This document shows, piece after piece, positions 19,893-31,203 of a DNA stretch of 64,000 nucleotides. Both the position numbers and the translations under genes were made by a program. Source of the stretch: an uncultured Candidatus Rokubacteria bacterium (lineage in GTDB: Bacteria > Methylomirabilota > Methylomirabilia > Rokubacteriales > CSP1-6); assembly GCA_963789955.1 (NCBI GenBank), contig CAWBMV010000037.1, forward strand, positions 448,001 through 512,000. The letters run 5' to 3'. Numbering within the stretch: position 1 is the first letter of the stretch; each line of letters opens with the position of its first letter. The notes under the pieces were generated by a model. The model made no database searches. It worked only from the letters and a program-made list of their open reading frames with translations, and was not told the DNA's origin.

Positions 19893-22320
19893 GGCGTGCG
19901 GCTTGGCGACGTGCCCGATCCATTGCTGTCCAGAGCTTCGATGGGGTCATGGGCAGCTCGTTGATCCGGATGCCGAGCGGCGCGAGCGCGTCGCTGACGG
20001 CGTTCGCGATGACCGCCGGAACCGTCATCGACGAGGATTCGCCCAGTCCCTTCGAGCCGAGCGGCGTCAGCGGAGACGGCGAGACGATGTGCGCGATGTC
20101 GATCTGCGGCGCCTCGCTCGCGGTCGGGACGAGATAGTCCATGAACGTTCCGGTCAGGAACTGACCGTGCTCGTCGTAGGCGAGCTCTTCGTAGAGCGCG
20201 CCGCCGAGCCCGTGGAGCGCGCCGCCGTAGATCTGTCCCTCGGCGATCATCGGGTTGATGATCGTGCCCGCGTCGTGCACGGTCACGTAGCGCAGGATCG
20301 TGATCGCCGCCGTCTCGGGATCGACCTCCACGGCCATCACCTCGGCGATGAAGCCGTACGTGTTGGACGAGTTCACGCGGTCCTCGGCGTCGACGGCCTT
20401 CGCGACCGTGAAGCCGAACACCGCCGTCGCCTGGAGGGCGGGCTCCATCCCGTCCGGCAGCGACTCGGTGTTCCAGTGTGCGCGGCCGGCCAGGTCCTTG
20501 ATGGAATAGGACGGCCCCTTTCCGGTCCGCGGTCGCACGGCGCCGTCCCGGAACTCGAGCGAGGCGGCCGGCAGCTCCATCAGGTGCGCGCCGTATTCCA
20601 CGAGCTTCGCCTTGAGCTTGCGGGCGGCCAGCGCGACGGCACTCGTCCCGACCGAGCCGAACCGGCTCGAGTAGGTGCCCGACGAGATCGACCACACGCG
20701 CGTGAACGTGTCCATCTCGTCGACGACGGTGACGTCCTGCGGCGCGAGCCCGAGCTCGTCGGCGACGATCTGCGACACCACCGTCTGGTGGCCCTGGCCC
20801 TGAGGCGTCGTGCCCAGGATCGCGATGACCCGGCCGAGAGGATCGATCTTGATCGTGGCCGCGTCCACGGCGCCCGACTTCGGCAGATACTCGGGCTTCG
20901 CGCGGAACTGCGGGTCGAGCGCGGTCGCGACGTAGCCCATGTTCGACACCGAGGGGTCGACGGCCAGCGCGAGCCCGATGCCGACGTAGCGGCCCGCGGC
21001 GCGCGCCTTCGCCTGCTCGCGACGAAGCTCGTCGTAGCGCGCCAGCTCCAGCGCCTTGTCGAAGACGGCTGGATAATCGCCGCTGTCGTACAGCCCGCCG
21101 GTCGGCGTGCGATAGGGAAACTGATCGGGCTGCACGAGGTTGCGGCGCCTCACTTCGACCGGATCGAGGCCGAGCCGGTCGGCGAGCCGGTCCATCATGC
21201 CCTCGGTCTCGAAGTAGAGGTGACCGCACGCGTAGCCGCGGTTCGGCCCGGTCAGGCTCTTGTTGGTCATGACCACCGAGGCGTCGACTTCGAGATTCTG
21301 AAAGCGGTAGGGCCCGACGAAGTTCCCGGTCGGACGGAAGCTGCAGCCGGGCTCCGGGCTGCGGATGTAGCCGCCGACATTGTCGAGCCACTTGAACCGC
21401 ATCCCGAGGATCGTGCCGTCCTTGCGCGCCGCCACCTCGCGGTAGGCCACGCGATCCGTCCCGCTCGACGACGCCAGCAGATGCTCGCGCCGGTCCTCGA
21501 TCCACTTGACCGGCACCCCGAGCCGCATCGCGGCGAGCGCGATCAGGGCGATGTAGGGGTAGATCGACGACTTGATACCGAACGAGCCGCCGATGTCGGT
21601 CGGCACGATGAAGCGCAGCTTGTTCTCGGCGAGACCGAGGACCCGCGCGGTCAGCGGGTGCATGATGAACGGCCCCATGAAGTTCGACCACACCGTGCAC
21701 ACGCCGTCGATCGGATCCCAGCGCGCGATGACGCCGTAGGTCTCGATCGGCGTCGAGCCGTACTTCGGAAACGCGAAGCGCTCGGTCAGGACCACGTCGG
21801 CCTCGCGGAAGGCGCGGTCGGGCTCGCCGTAGACGAGCCGGCGGTGACCCGCCAGGTTCGAGCCGACGGCCTGATGCAGAACGGGTGCCGAGGCGTCGAG
21901 CGCGCGCTCGGGATCGACGACCACGGGGAGCGGATCGTAGTCCACCCGGACGAGATCGGCGGCGTCCTCGGCCACGTAGCGGTTCTTGGCCACGACCACT
22001 GCCACCGGCTCGCCGACGAACCGCACGCGGTCCGTCGCCGCGCAGTAGTAGTGGATCGGCGCGGTCACGCCGACCGAGAAGGGCTTGGTGTACCGGGCGA
22101 CGTCCGCGCCGGTGAGAGCGCCGTCCACGCCGTCCAGCGCCAGCGCCTCGGACAGATCGTAGCCGCGGATCGCCGCGTGAGGCAGCGGCGAGCGCACGAT
22201 CGCCGCGTGGCGCACGTTGCCGACCGGCGGGTGGTCGTCGATGTAGGTTCCGCGCCCGGTGAGGAGCCGCGCGTCCTCGACGCGCTTGACCGACTTCCCG
22301 ATCCAGCGAGCCTCGCTCAC
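19885..22320 (-). CDS. Molybdopterin large subunit, xanthine dehydrogenase family (resembles HmfA, 2-furoyl-CoA dehydrogenase type)
   Basis: RVEDARLLTGRG, DIGGSFGIK, PNRGY, PSVSNMGY, QGQGHQT, SISSGTYSSRF, KGLGES; the HmfA resemblance is from recall, not a search. Confidence 0.85.
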   Translation of the reverse strand: MSEARWIGKSVKRVEDARLLTGRGTYIDDHPPVGNVRHAAIVRSPLPHAAIRGYDLSEALALDGVDGALTGADVARYTKPFSVGVTAPIHYYCAATDRVRFVGEPVAVVVAKNRYVAEDAADLVRVDYDPLPVVVDPERALDASAPVLHQAVGSNLAGHRRLVYGEPDRAFREADVVLTERFAFPKYGSTPIETYGVIARWDPIDGVCTVWSNFMGPFIMHPLTARVLGLAENKLRFIVPTDIGGSFGIKSSIYPYIALIALAAMRLGVPVKWIEDRREHLLASSSGTDRVAYREVAARKDGTILGMRFKWLDNVGGYIRSPEPGCSFRPTGNFVGPYRFQNLEVDASVVMTNKSLTGPNRGYACGHLYFETEGMMDRLADRLGLDPVEVRRRNLVQPDQFPYRTPTGGLYDSGDYPAVFDKALELARYDELRREQAKARAAGRYVGIGLALAVDPSVSNMGYVATALDPQFRAKPEYLPKSGAVDAATIKIDPLGRVIAILGTTPQGQGHQTVVSQIVADELGLAPQDVTVVDEMDTFTRVWSISSGTYSSRFGSVGTSAVALAARKLKAKLVEYGAHLMELPAASLEFRDGAVRPRTGKGPSYSIKDLAGRAHWNTESLPDGMEPALQATAVFGFTVAKAVDAEDRVNSSNTYGFIAEVMAVEVDPETAAITILRYVTVHDAGTIINPMIAEGQIYGGALHGLGGALYEELAYDEHGQFLTGTFMDYLVPTASEAPQIDIAHIVSPSPLTPLGSKGLGESSSMTVPAVIANAVSDALAPLGIRINELPMTPSKLWTAMDRARRQAARQR

Positions 22321-23406
22321 TATGACCCGGCGAGCACGAACGGCACGTTGGCGTTCTTCGCGACCGCGCGCAGCTGATCCATGAGGTCGTCCGGAATCGG
22401 CACCCCCTGCTCGAGCCGCTCCTTCTTGTTCGCCCGCTCCGGATCGCCCGCGACCAGCACCGGCTGATTGGCGTCCACTCGCTTGGCGTTGTGCAGCACG
22501 TCGATCACCTGGTCGAGATCTTCTTCGAACTCGCCCTCCGCGCGAAACGCGCGCGGATCGATCGCCATGAAGAAGTGACCGATGTTGTGCGGGTCGGACG
22601 TCTTCTGCGTCTGGTTGCGGATCGGCGAGAACGAGGCGCCGGCGAGCGTGCCGGCCAGCACGTGCACCATCACCGCGAGCCCATAGCCCTTGTGGCTGCC
22701 CGCCTCGCGCGAGCCGCCGAGCGGGCGTGATGCCGCCGTCGCGATCGCTGACGTGCTGGAAGCCCTTCGCCGAGTCGGTCACGGTCTTGCCGTCGCCGTC
22801 GACGACCCAGCCCGCCGGCAGCGGCTTGTGGTTGAGCTTGTACACCCGGACTTTTCCCGCGGCGACCGTCGTCGTCGCCATGTCGAGCTCGAACGGCGCG
22901 TTGCGCTTCGCCGGGGCCGCGAACGCGAGTGGATTCGTGCCCATGACCGGCTCGGCGCCGAACGTGGGCACCATGGTGACGCCGCGGGTGGCCGAGGTCA
23001 CCATGCCGATCACGCCGCGATCGGCGGCGATGCGCGCATAGCACCCGGCGGCGCCGAAGTGGTGCGAGTTGAACACCGCGACGACGCCGACGCCGACCGT
23101 GAGGCACTTGTCGACCGCGAGATTCATCCCGTGGGCGGCGGCCGGGTGGCCGAGCGAGGCGTCGGCGTCGATGAGCGCCATCGCCGCCGTCTCGCGCACC
23201 TTCTTGAAGCTCGGGCGCATGTTGAGGCGCCCGTTGCGAAACTCCTGGTCGTAGGTCGGCAGCATCCCGATGCCGTGCGAGTCGACGCCTCGCAGATCGG
23301 TCTCCACCATCATGTCGGCGGTGGTGTCGGCGTGGGCCTCCGACATCCCCCACGCCCGGAAGACGGACACGAGCTGACGGTGAATCTGCTGGGCGGGAAC
23401 TCGCAT
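22320..23406 (-). CDS. Ldh_2 (malate/L-lactate/sulfolactate dehydrogenase-like) oxidoreductase (frameshift near 22725)
   Basis: DLRGVDSHG, NSHHFGAAG, GTNPLAF, LDMATT, GHFFMAIDP. Confidence 0.88.
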
Positions 23407-23434
23407 GGCCCGTTCTCCGAGTCGCGCTGACCGT

Positions 23435-24184
23435 TCAGCCGCGGCCGACGAACGGCATCTTGTTGGCCATCACGGTCATGAACAGCACGTTCGCATCGAG
23501 CGGCATCCGCGCCATGCAGAGCACCGCGTTCGCCACGTTCTCGACGTCCATCGTCGGCTCGATCATGGTCGTGCCGTTCGGCTGCGGGACACCCTTCGCC
23601 ATCCGCTCGGTCATCGGGGTCGCAGCGTTGCCGATGTCGATCTGGCCGCAGGTGATGTCGTACTTTCTGCCGTCCAGCGACGTGGCCTTCGTGAGGCCGG
23701 TGATCGCGTGCTTGGTCGAGGTGTACGGCGCGGAATTGGGCCGCGGCGTGTGGGCCGAGATCGAGCCGTTGTTGATGATCCGCCCGCCGCGCGGGTTCTG
23801 GTCCTTCATGATCTTGAAGGCTTCCTGGGTGCACAGGAACGAGCCCGTCAGGTTGGTGTCGACGACGGCCTTCCACTGCTCGACGGTCAAGTCCTCCAGG
23901 AGGCCGGCGGCGCCGATCCCGGCGTTGTTGAACAGGAGATCGAGACGGCCGAACGCGCTCTTGGTCTGGGCGAAGAGGGCGCGGATGGCCTGGGGATCAC
24001 ACACGTCGGTGGGGATGGCCAGGGCGCGAGAGCGTGCGTCGCCCGCCTCGGCCACGACCTTCTCGAGGGCGTCCTTGCGCCGTCCGGCGAGCGAGACGTG
24101 GTAGCCCTCTCTCAACAGCGCGAGCCCGACCGCCCTGCCCACTCCGCTTCCGGCACCCGTCACGATCGCGACTTTCTTGTCCAT
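23435..24184 (-). CDS. SDR oxidoreductase
   Basis: [27 protein letters not shown]. Confidence 0.92.
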   Translation of the reverse strand: MDKKVAIVTGAGSGVGRAVGLALLREGYHVSLAGRRKDALEKVVAEAGDARSRALAIPTDVCDPQAIRALFAQTKSAFGRLDLLFNNAGIGAAGLLEDLTVEQWKAVVDTNLTGSFLCTQEAFKIMKDQNPRGGRIINNGSISAHTPRPNSAPYTSTKHAITGLTKATSLDGRKYDITCGQIDIGNAATPMTERMAKGVPQPNGTTMIEPTMDVENVANAVLCMARMPLDANVLFMTVMANKMPFVGRG

Positions 24185-24310
24185 ATCTCGATCTCCTGAT
24201 GGCCTTTGATGGTCGATGTCGCCGACTCTACCACCGATGCGACGCTTTTTGCCGGGCAGACCGGCGAGGTTCTCGGGCATCATGGGGCACCCCTCGGGAG
24301 GCGAGAACGT

Positions 24311-25156
24311 ATGGGCCGGATCGTGTATGCGGCGGCGATGTCGCACGTGCTCTACCCCGACTACTACGGCCAGAACGTCGGGCCGCACGGACGGCGAATG
24401 GTCGAGGACCTGATCGCGGTGGTCCGCGACATGGGACGCACGCTCCTCACGACCGCGCCCGACGCCCTCGTGGTGGTCGCCGACGATCACCTGAACGTCT
24501 TCTCGTTCGACGCGATCCCCGCGCTCTGCGTCCGCGTCGGACGGTCGGTGAATCGCATGGTCCAGGACGACGCGATCGAGTTCGATCGCGCCCTCGACGG
24601 CCTGCCCGAGCGCTATCCGGTCCACGAGGACCTCGCCAACAGCATCCTGGAAAAAGGGATGCAGTCCGGGTTCGACTTCGCGGCGTCGTGGTCGGCGCCG
24701 CTCGATCACGCGTTCCTGAGTCCGGTCTCGACCCTGTACGGCGATCGACCGGTGCCGCCGCTCGTCCCCTTCTGGGTCAATTGCTTCGTGACGCCTCAGC
24801 CGACCGCGAAGCGCTGCTTCGAGGCGGGGCGTCACATCGCGCGGGTCGTGGCCGAAGGTCCGTGGAATGTCGCGATCATCGCCACGGGCGGGCTCAGCCA
24901 CTTCCCGGAGCTCTCCCTCGCGCGCGTGGGCCAGTCGGATCCGGTCTTCGACCGCCGGATCGTCACGCTGATGGAAGCGGGCGACCACGAGGCGATGACC
25001 GCGCTCACGGCCAAGGAGCTTCACGACAGCGGGTCGCACGAGCTGCTCAACTGGCTCGTGCTCCTGGGTGCGGTGAGTCCGGCGCGCGCGACGGTCCGCT
25101 TCTTCGGCGAGATGGGCCGCGTGGATCTGGCGGCGCTCCAGTGGGACGTGGCATGA
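24311..25156 (+). CDS. LigB-family extradiol ring-cleavage dioxygenase, catalytic subunit
   Basis: [25 protein letters not shown]. Confidence 0.85.
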   Translation: MGRIVYAAAMSHVLYPDYYGQNVGPHGRRMVEDLIAVVRDMGRTLLTTAPDALVVVADDHLNVFSFDAIPALCVRVGRSVNRMVQDDAIEFDRALDGLPERYPVHEDLANSILEKGMQSGFDFAASWSAPLDHAFLSPVSTLYGDRPVPPLVPFWVNCFVTPQPTAKRCFEAGRHIARVVAEGPWNVAIIATGGLSHFPELSLARVGQSDPVFDRRIVTLMEAGDHEAMTALTAKELHDSGSHELLNWLVLLGAVSPARATVRFFGEMGRVDLAALQWDVA

Positions 25157-25368
25157 GCCGCTACGAGACGAACGTGGTGCTCTACCGCCTGAAGAAGGAT
25201 GCGGCCTTCCGCGACCGGTTCCGCGCCGATCCTCGCCGGGCGCTCGCCGACGCCGATCTCACCGACGAGGAGCGCGAGGCGTTCGTGCGCTGGGATGCGC
25301 GCAAGCTGAACGACCTCGGCGGCTTGCTACACCTCCTGATCTCGATCCCCGGCCTCGGCGCACACTGA
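25153..25368 (+). CDS. LigA-like small subunit
   Basis: 71 aa, '[27 protein letters not shown]'; ATGA overlap with the LigB-like gene. Confidence 0.75.
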   Translation: MSRYETNVVLYRLKKDAAFRDRFRADPRRALADADLTDEEREAFVRWDARKLNDLGGLLHLLISIPGLGAH

Positions 25369-25374
25369 GCGGGG

Positions 25375-25497
25375 CTACTTCGCCTCGGCGGCGCGCTCGG
25401 CCGCGAGCGGCTCGTCGTGATGAGCCGCGAGCTTGACCTCCAGGACGGCCGCCAGGGCGACGACGAGCACGAGCAGGGTCAAGACGAACTTGGGCAT
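25375..25497 (-). CDS. Small hydrophobic hypothetical protein (40 aa)
   Basis: Strong GAGGAGG RBS; MPKFVLTLLVLVVALAAVLEVK. Confidence 0.4.
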   Translation of the reverse strand: MPKFVLTLLVLVVALAAVLEVKLAAHHDEPLAAERAAEAK

Positions 25498-25678
25498 GTT
25501 CCCCTCCTCTGCGTCGTGCCGTGGCAAGAACGATGCCGCCTCAGCGGCTCTGACCACACCCGCGTGGATTCAGCCGGTTACACGCTCGCGACACGGTATC
25601 GATGCCCAGACTCCGGGCGCGCCCGGGCGCTCTTCGCCTGAAGATCGGGCGCGCTGCCCGAGGCTGCTGGCTTCACAT

Positions 25679-26848
25679 CTAGAGCTCGCGAAGAGCGGAA
25701 GCGATCTGGGCGCGCGCCGCGCGCACGGCCGGCGGCACGCCGCCGATGAGCCCCATCAGCAGCGCGAACGCGAGCCCCATCGCCAGGAGACCGGGCGTGA
25801 CCCTGAACGCGAAGGCCAGGTGCGAGAAGGTCTGCCAGTTGATCGTGCCCGTCGTGAGGCCGTTCAGCGGCAGGACGACCACGCAGCCCAGGAGGCCGCC
25901 CACGAAGGCGATGCAGAGCGACTCGACCACGAACGACACGACCACGCTCCCGCTCCCGAACCCGAGGGCCCGGAGCGTGGCGATCTCGCGCGTGCGCTCG
26001 GAGACCGCCGAGTACATCGTGTTCAGCGCGCCGAAGACGGCGCCGATGCCCATCACGATCGCGATGATCGAGCCGAGCACCGTGATCAACGTCGTCAGCT
26101 GACGCGACTGCTTGGCGTAGTAGTCGATCTCGCGGTCGATCTGCACGGTCACGCGCGGATCGGAGGTCAGCGCGTCCTTGAAGGAGGTCAGCGCGTCGGG
26201 CGACGTGAGGCGCACGGTGGCCGACTGGAACATGTTGAGCGGACGCTGGTAGACCTGCCGGAGCACGCTGTAGTCGCACCAGAGCTCCGAATCGTACGCG
26301 CTGCCGCCGCTGTCGAACACGCCCACCACGGTCCAGGTGCCGCCGCCGAAGCGCACGGTCTTGCCGAGCTCGAGGCCGTCGTAGCTCGCGGCCACGTTGC
26401 TGCCCACCAGCAGCTCCGACAGCCCGGGCTGGAAGGCGCGCCCCGCGACGATCTTCACGGTCGGCCGGACGGTCAGCGCCTTGGGCGATACGCCGCGGAC
26501 CTGAGCGTTGCCGTCGACGCCGCGCCCCTTGAGCGGAAACGAGGCGATCACGACGACCTCGGGGCTGACCAGCGGGCCGCCATCGCCGCGCTCGACTCCG
26601 GGCGCGTCCTCGACCACCCGCACCTGCTCGAGCATCACGCTGCTGTCCATCTCGGACGTGGCGCCGGCGCGCCGGACGATCGCGTTGCGGGCCGATCCGG
26701 AGGCCACCAGGGTGGCCTCGAAGCCGCGCGCGAGCGAGAGCATGGCCACGAAGACGCCGACGGTCCCGGCGATGCCGAGCACGGCCACCACGGTCGACGT
26801 CCATCGCGCGCCGAGACTCCGGACGTTGTAGACGATCGGGATGGCCAT
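25679..26848 (-). CDS. MacB/FtsX-type ABC exporter permease
   Basis: ERTREIATLRALGF; 4 TM plus periplasmic domain. Confidence 0.9.
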   Translation of the reverse strand: MAIPIVYNVRSLGARWTSTVVAVLGIAGTVGVFVAMLSLARGFEATLVASGSARNAIVRRAGATSEMDSSVMLEQVRVVEDAPGVERGDGGPLVSPEVVVIASFPLKGRGVDGNAQVRGVSPKALTVRPTVKIVAGRAFQPGLSELLVGSNVAASYDGLELGKTVRFGGGTWTVVGVFDSGGSAYDSELWCDYSVLRQVYQRPLNMFQSATVRLTSPDALTSFKDALTSDPRVTVQIDREIDYYAKQSRQLTTLITVLGSIIAIVMGIGAVFGALNTMYSAVSERTREIATLRALGFGSGSVVVSFVVESLCIAFVGGLLGCVVVLPLNGLTTGTINWQTFSHLAFAFRVTPGLLAMGLAFALLMGLIGGVPPAVRAARAQIASALREL

Positions 26849-26849
26849 C

Positions 26850-27990
26850 TTAGATCCGCCTCAGCGCGTCGACGACGCGCAGCCGGCTCGCGGACAGCGC
26901 GGGAAGGATGCCGGCCGCGAGACCCACCCCGAGCGCCAGCATGATCCCGGTGACGAGCGATCGCGGCGACACGTAGAAGAACGGCATCAGGCCTCCGGTC
27001 GGATCGCCGCGCAAGGTGAAGAGCTTCGCCAGGCCGAGACCCACGCCGCCGCCCACCACGGCGACCGCCATCGTCTCGACGATGACCAGCGCCAGCACGA
27101 AGCCGTCGCGGAAGCCGACCGCCTTCAGCACCGCCAGCTCGCGCGTGCGCTCGCGGACGGCGATCGCCATCGTGTTGCCGGTCACGAGCAGGAGCGTGAA
27201 GAAGACGACGCTGCCGACGCTCATGATCAAGAGCTGGATGTTGCCCATCTGCTTCACGAACGAGGCCGCGAAGGCCTTCTCGGTGTCGGTCTTGGTCTCG
27301 GTCGGCGAATTCGCGAACTGATCGTCGATCGCCTTGCACCAGGCGGACCGCGTCGTCGGGATTGGCGATCCGGATGACGTACCAGCCCACCACGCCCTTC
27401 GTGAACGTCTTCCGCTCGTCGAAATAGTCCCAGCGGAACCAGAACTGCGTGGTGTCGTCCTGAGGGCGCCGCCCCCGGTAGATGCCGCGGATGTTGAACT
27501 CCCAGCTTCCCGGGAAGATCGCGCCCTTGATCGGGATGCGGTCGCCGAGCTTCCACTTGAAGCGCTCGGCCAGCGCCTCGCCCACGATCGCGCCCTCCTT
27601 GTCGCCGAGGAACGCCTGCCACTGGTCGTCCGGCACGAGGAACTCCGGGTACATCTCGCGATAGCTCTCGCGATCGACGGCGAACTGGGGAAAGAAGTTG
27701 CGTTCGTCCTGGTACACGCCGCCGAACCAGTTGGCGAACGTGACTTTCGTCACGCCGGGGATCCGGGCCAGCCGGTCACGATAGGCGAGCGGCAGCGGCT
27801 GGATGATCGAGACGCGGTTCAGCACCACGAGACGATCGACGCCGGCCACGTCGACGCCTTGCTTGAAGGCGCCGTCGACCGCGGCCAGGATGCCGAAGAG
27901 AAAGAGCGCCACCGCGAACGATCCGGCCGTGAGCGCCGTGCGCGTTTTCTTTCTGAGCAAGTTGCTGACGACGAGATGCAGGTACTTCAT
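26850..27990 (-). CDS. MacB/FtsX-type ABC exporter permease (frameshift near 27335)
   Basis: SNLLRKKTRT at the N-terminus; ERTRELAVLKAVGF in the second frame. Confidence 0.88.
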
Positions 27991-28007
27991 CGATTACGCT
28001 GGCTATC

Positions 28008-28733
28008 TCACCGCGCGCCGCCCGCGGTCACGGACTCGACGAGCACGCCCTTCTCCAGATGGAGCACGAGGCGCGCACGCTCCGCGGCCAGCGGGTCGTG
28101 GGTCACCATCAGCACGGTCTTGCCGTGCTCGCGGACCAGGCGGTCGAGCAGATCGAGAACCTCGTCGGCGCTCTTCCGGTCGAGGTCGCCCGTCGGCTCG
28201 TCGCAGAGCAGGAAGGTCGGGTCGGCCACGATCGCGCGCGCGATGCCCACCCGCTGCTCCTGTCCACCCGAGAGCTGCCGCGGATAGTGACGCATCCGAT
28301 CGCCCAGCCCCACGACCTGCAGCGCCGTTTCGACGTGTCGCCGCCGGTCCGCCTTCGAGAGGCTCGTGAGCAAGAGCGGCAGCTCGACGTTCTGAAACGC
28401 GGTGAGCACGGGAATCAGGTTGTACATCTGGAAGACGAACCCGACGTGGCGGGCGCGCCAGGACGTCAGCTTGGCCCCGGACATGCGCGTGATCTCGTCG
28501 CCCGCCACCGTGACGCTGCCGGCCGACGGCACGTCGAGCCCGCCGAGCAGGTTGAGCAAGGTCGTCTTTCCCGAGCCGCTCGGCCCCATGAACGCCACGA
28601 AATCGCCGGCGTCCACGTCGAGATTGAGCCCTTGCAGCACGTGGATCTCCTCGCCGCCCCGGCGATAGGTCTTGCCGAGCCCTCGCGCGATGATCAGGCC
28701 CTTGCCGTCTCCGCGACCATCGATGCTGACCAT
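28008..28733 (-). CDS. ABC ATP-binding protein (LolD/MacB-like)
   Basis: GPSGSGKTT, LSGGQEQR, CDEPTGDLD, VTHD. Confidence 0.93.
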   Translation of the reverse strand: MVSIDGRGDGKGLIIARGLGKTYRRGGEEIHVLQGLNLDVDAGDFVAFMGPSGSGKTTLLNLLGGLDVPSAGSVTVAGDEITRMSGAKLTSWRARHVGFVFQMYNLIPVLTAFQNVELPLLLTSLSKADRRRHVETALQVVGLGDRMRHYPRQLSGGQEQRVGIARAIVADPTFLLCDEPTGDLDRKSADEVLDLLDRLVREHGKTVLMVTHDPLAAERARLVLHLEKGVLVESVTAGGAR

Positions 28734-28802
28734 GCATCTCCTGTTGTATCGGCACGCCTCAGCGACCGGGAGCCCCGGCCTACAGCGGCACGACCGTTCT
28801 GG

Positions 28803-30012
28803 CTAGCGCTTCACGCGTACGGCTTGCCCGTCGCGTAGTTGCTTGGCTCCGGTGGTGACGACCTGCTCGCCGTCCGAGAGGCCGGCGATGACTTCCTGGT
28901 CGTTGCCGCGCGCCTGGCCGAGCCGCACCGCGCGCCGCTCGACCTTTCCATCGCGATGCACGAACACCGCCGGTCGTTCCACCCTCGTCGACCAGCGCGG
29001 CGCGCGCGATCAGCACCCGTCCCGCGGTCGCGGGCGCGGCGCGCTCCTCGCCGAGGAACGTGACCTTGACGCCCATGTCGGGAAGAATGCGCGGGTCGAG
29101 GCGGTCGAAGGTCGCCCGCACCTTGACCGTCGCCTTCTGGCGATCGGCCGTCGGGATCACCGTGCGCACCTTGGCCGGGATCTGCCAGTCCGGGTAGGCG
29201 TCGAGCACGGCCGTGACCGGCTGCGCGGCCTTCACCCGCGCGATGTACGACTCGTTCACGTCCACCTCGATCTCGAGCGAGGCCATGTCGACGATCGTGG
29301 CGATGCCGGTGCGCGTGAAGCCGCCGCCGGCGGAGACCGGCGACACCATCTCGCCGCGCTGCGCGTCCTTGGAGACCACGATGCCGCCGAAGGGCGCGCG
29401 CACCGTGCAGTTGTCGAGATCCTGCTGCGCGACCTTCACCCGCGCCTCGGCGGCGCCGACCTGCTCGCGGGCCAGCGCGATCCTCGCCTTGAAGCTGTCG
29501 ACCGCCATCTTGGCCTGGTCGCGGCTTTGCTCGGCCACCAGCTTGCGGTCCCAGAGCTCCTCGACCCGCTTCAGCTCGCGCTCGGCGTTGTCGAGGTTCA
29601 CCTGCAGGTCGCCCAGGGTCGCCGCGGTGGCGGCACGCTCGGCCATCGCCGAGATGAGCCGGGCCCGCGCGTCGGAATCGTCGAGCCGGGCGAGCACCTG
29701 ACCCGGCTCCACCTGCATTCCCTCGTCGACGTAGATCTCGTTGACCCGCGCCGTGATCTTGGCGGCGATGGTCGCCCGCTGGCGAGGCGTGACGTACCCG
29801 CTGGCGTTCAGCAGCGCCGCGCGGCCTCCCTTGTCGGCGCGTGCGGCCGCCACCTCGACCTCCGGAGGCTTCTCGCGCAGCGCGACGAACAGCACGGCGG
29901 CGACCGCGAGCAGCACCACGAGCCCGATGGCGATCGCGCGCCAGCCGAGCCGCCGCGGCGCACGCCGGGCGCGCTCGTCGATCCGGAGGGCCGAGAGATC
30001 GGGGCTGCTCAT
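28803..30012 (-). CDS. Membrane fusion (MacA-like) periplasmic adaptor (frameshift near 28970)
   Basis: ASGYV, GQVLARLD, APFGGIV, EVDVNESYI, ILPDMGVKV. Confidence 0.9.
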
Positions 30013-30091
30013 CAGCCCAGGGTACCAAGTCCTCGCGGGGCGCGCCCGCCGGGAGACATTGTCGGATACTCTACCGGCAAGGAGGCGTCGC

Positions 30092-31096
30092 GTGAACCAA
30101 CCGTCGGGGCTCGTGCGCCTGGTGCTCGTGCAGCTGGAGAAGCTCGGGGAGATGGGCTTGCCCCGCGACCTGCTCCTGCGCGAGGCCAAGATCGACGAGC
30201 GCCAGCTGCGCGATCCAGACGGACGCATCCCGCTCGACGCGGTCACGCGCCTCTGGCACGCCGCCGCCTCGCGCGTGCCCGACCCGGCGTTCGGACTGCG
30301 TATCGGCGCACAAACCTCGGTGCGTGAGTGGGGCCTCGTCGGCTATGCGGTCGCCCACAGCAGCACCCTCGGCCACGGCCTCAATTGCTTCGCCCACTAC
30401 AGTCGAGTCGTCTCGGACGCGCTGGTCGTCCGGATCGACGCCGAGCGCGACGCGGCCTGGGTGCGACTGGACGTCCAGCCGGCGCTGCGCGCGTTCAGGC
30501 CCGCCGTCGACGCGCGCCTGGCGGCCCTCTTGTCGGCGTGCCGCGAGATGGTCGGCGGGCCGGTGACACCGCTCCTCGTCCAGCTCTCGTACCGACAGCC
30601 CGCCGACGTCAAGGAGTACGAGCGATTCTTCGGCGCGCCACTGGAGTTCGGCTCGCTGGCCTCGTCGTTTCTCCTGCGGAGCGAGGATCTGACGCGACCG
30701 GTCGCGGTCGCGGACCAGACCCTGGTCGGCTATCTCGAGACCCTCGCCGACCAGAAGCTCGCGAGCATCGGCACGGAGCGCTCGCTTCGCGAGCGGGTGC
30801 GCCGCGCGCTGTGGTCCGAGCTGAGCGAGCGAACACCCACCCTGGAGGGCGTCGCCCGCAGCCTGGGAGTCAGCGCGCGGACGCTCCAGCGGCAGCTGCG
30901 GCAGGAAGGGGCCAGCTTCGCGAAGCTCCTGGCGGAGCTTCGGCGCGAGATGGCGCCGGCGCTCTTGCGCGACGGCCAGTACGGTGTTTCCGAGGTGGCG
31001 TTCCTCCTGGGCTACGAGGATCCGAGCGCGTTTCGCCGGGCATTCCAGCGGTGGTTCCGACGCTCGCCCCGATCCTTCCGCAGCGCCACCGACTGA
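30092..31096 (+). CDS. AraC-family transcriptional regulator
   Basis: GLVGYA ligand-binding domain; SARTLQRQLRQEG and VAFLLGYEDPSAFRRAFQRW HTH motifs. Confidence 0.92.
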   Translation: MNQPSGLVRLVLVQLEKLGEMGLPRDLLLREAKIDERQLRDPDGRIPLDAVTRLWHAAASRVPDPAFGLRIGAQTSVREWGLVGYAVAHSSTLGHGLNCFAHYSRVVSDALVVRIDAERDAAWVRLDVQPALRAFRPAVDARLAALLSACREMVGGPVTPLLVQLSYRQPADVKEYERFFGAPLEFGSLASSFLLRSEDLTRPVAVADQTLVGYLETLADQKLASIGTERSLRERVRRALWSELSERTPTLEGVARSLGVSARTLQRQLRQEGASFAKLLAELRREMAPALLRDGQYGVSEVAFLLGYEDPSAFRRAFQRWFRRSPRSFRSATD

Positions 31097-31203
31097 CACC
31101 CTCCCAGAAAGCGCCGCTGTCGTCGCCGACCCGAAACTTGTCGCCCGCGGCCACGGTGCACCGGCCCGAAGCTCGGTAGCATCAATGAAGTATGGGCGCC
31201 TCG

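Noticed and set aside
15962..22320. Aerobic CO dehydrogenase (coxMSL)
   Set aside because: Neither large subunit has the form I AYxCSFR loop, and no coxDEFG accessory genes are present
15210..23406. Giant fusion ORFs (15210-18125, 18821-21700, 19885-23406)
   Set aside because: These result from frameshifts and stop-poor GC-rich frames linking separate genes that have their own starts
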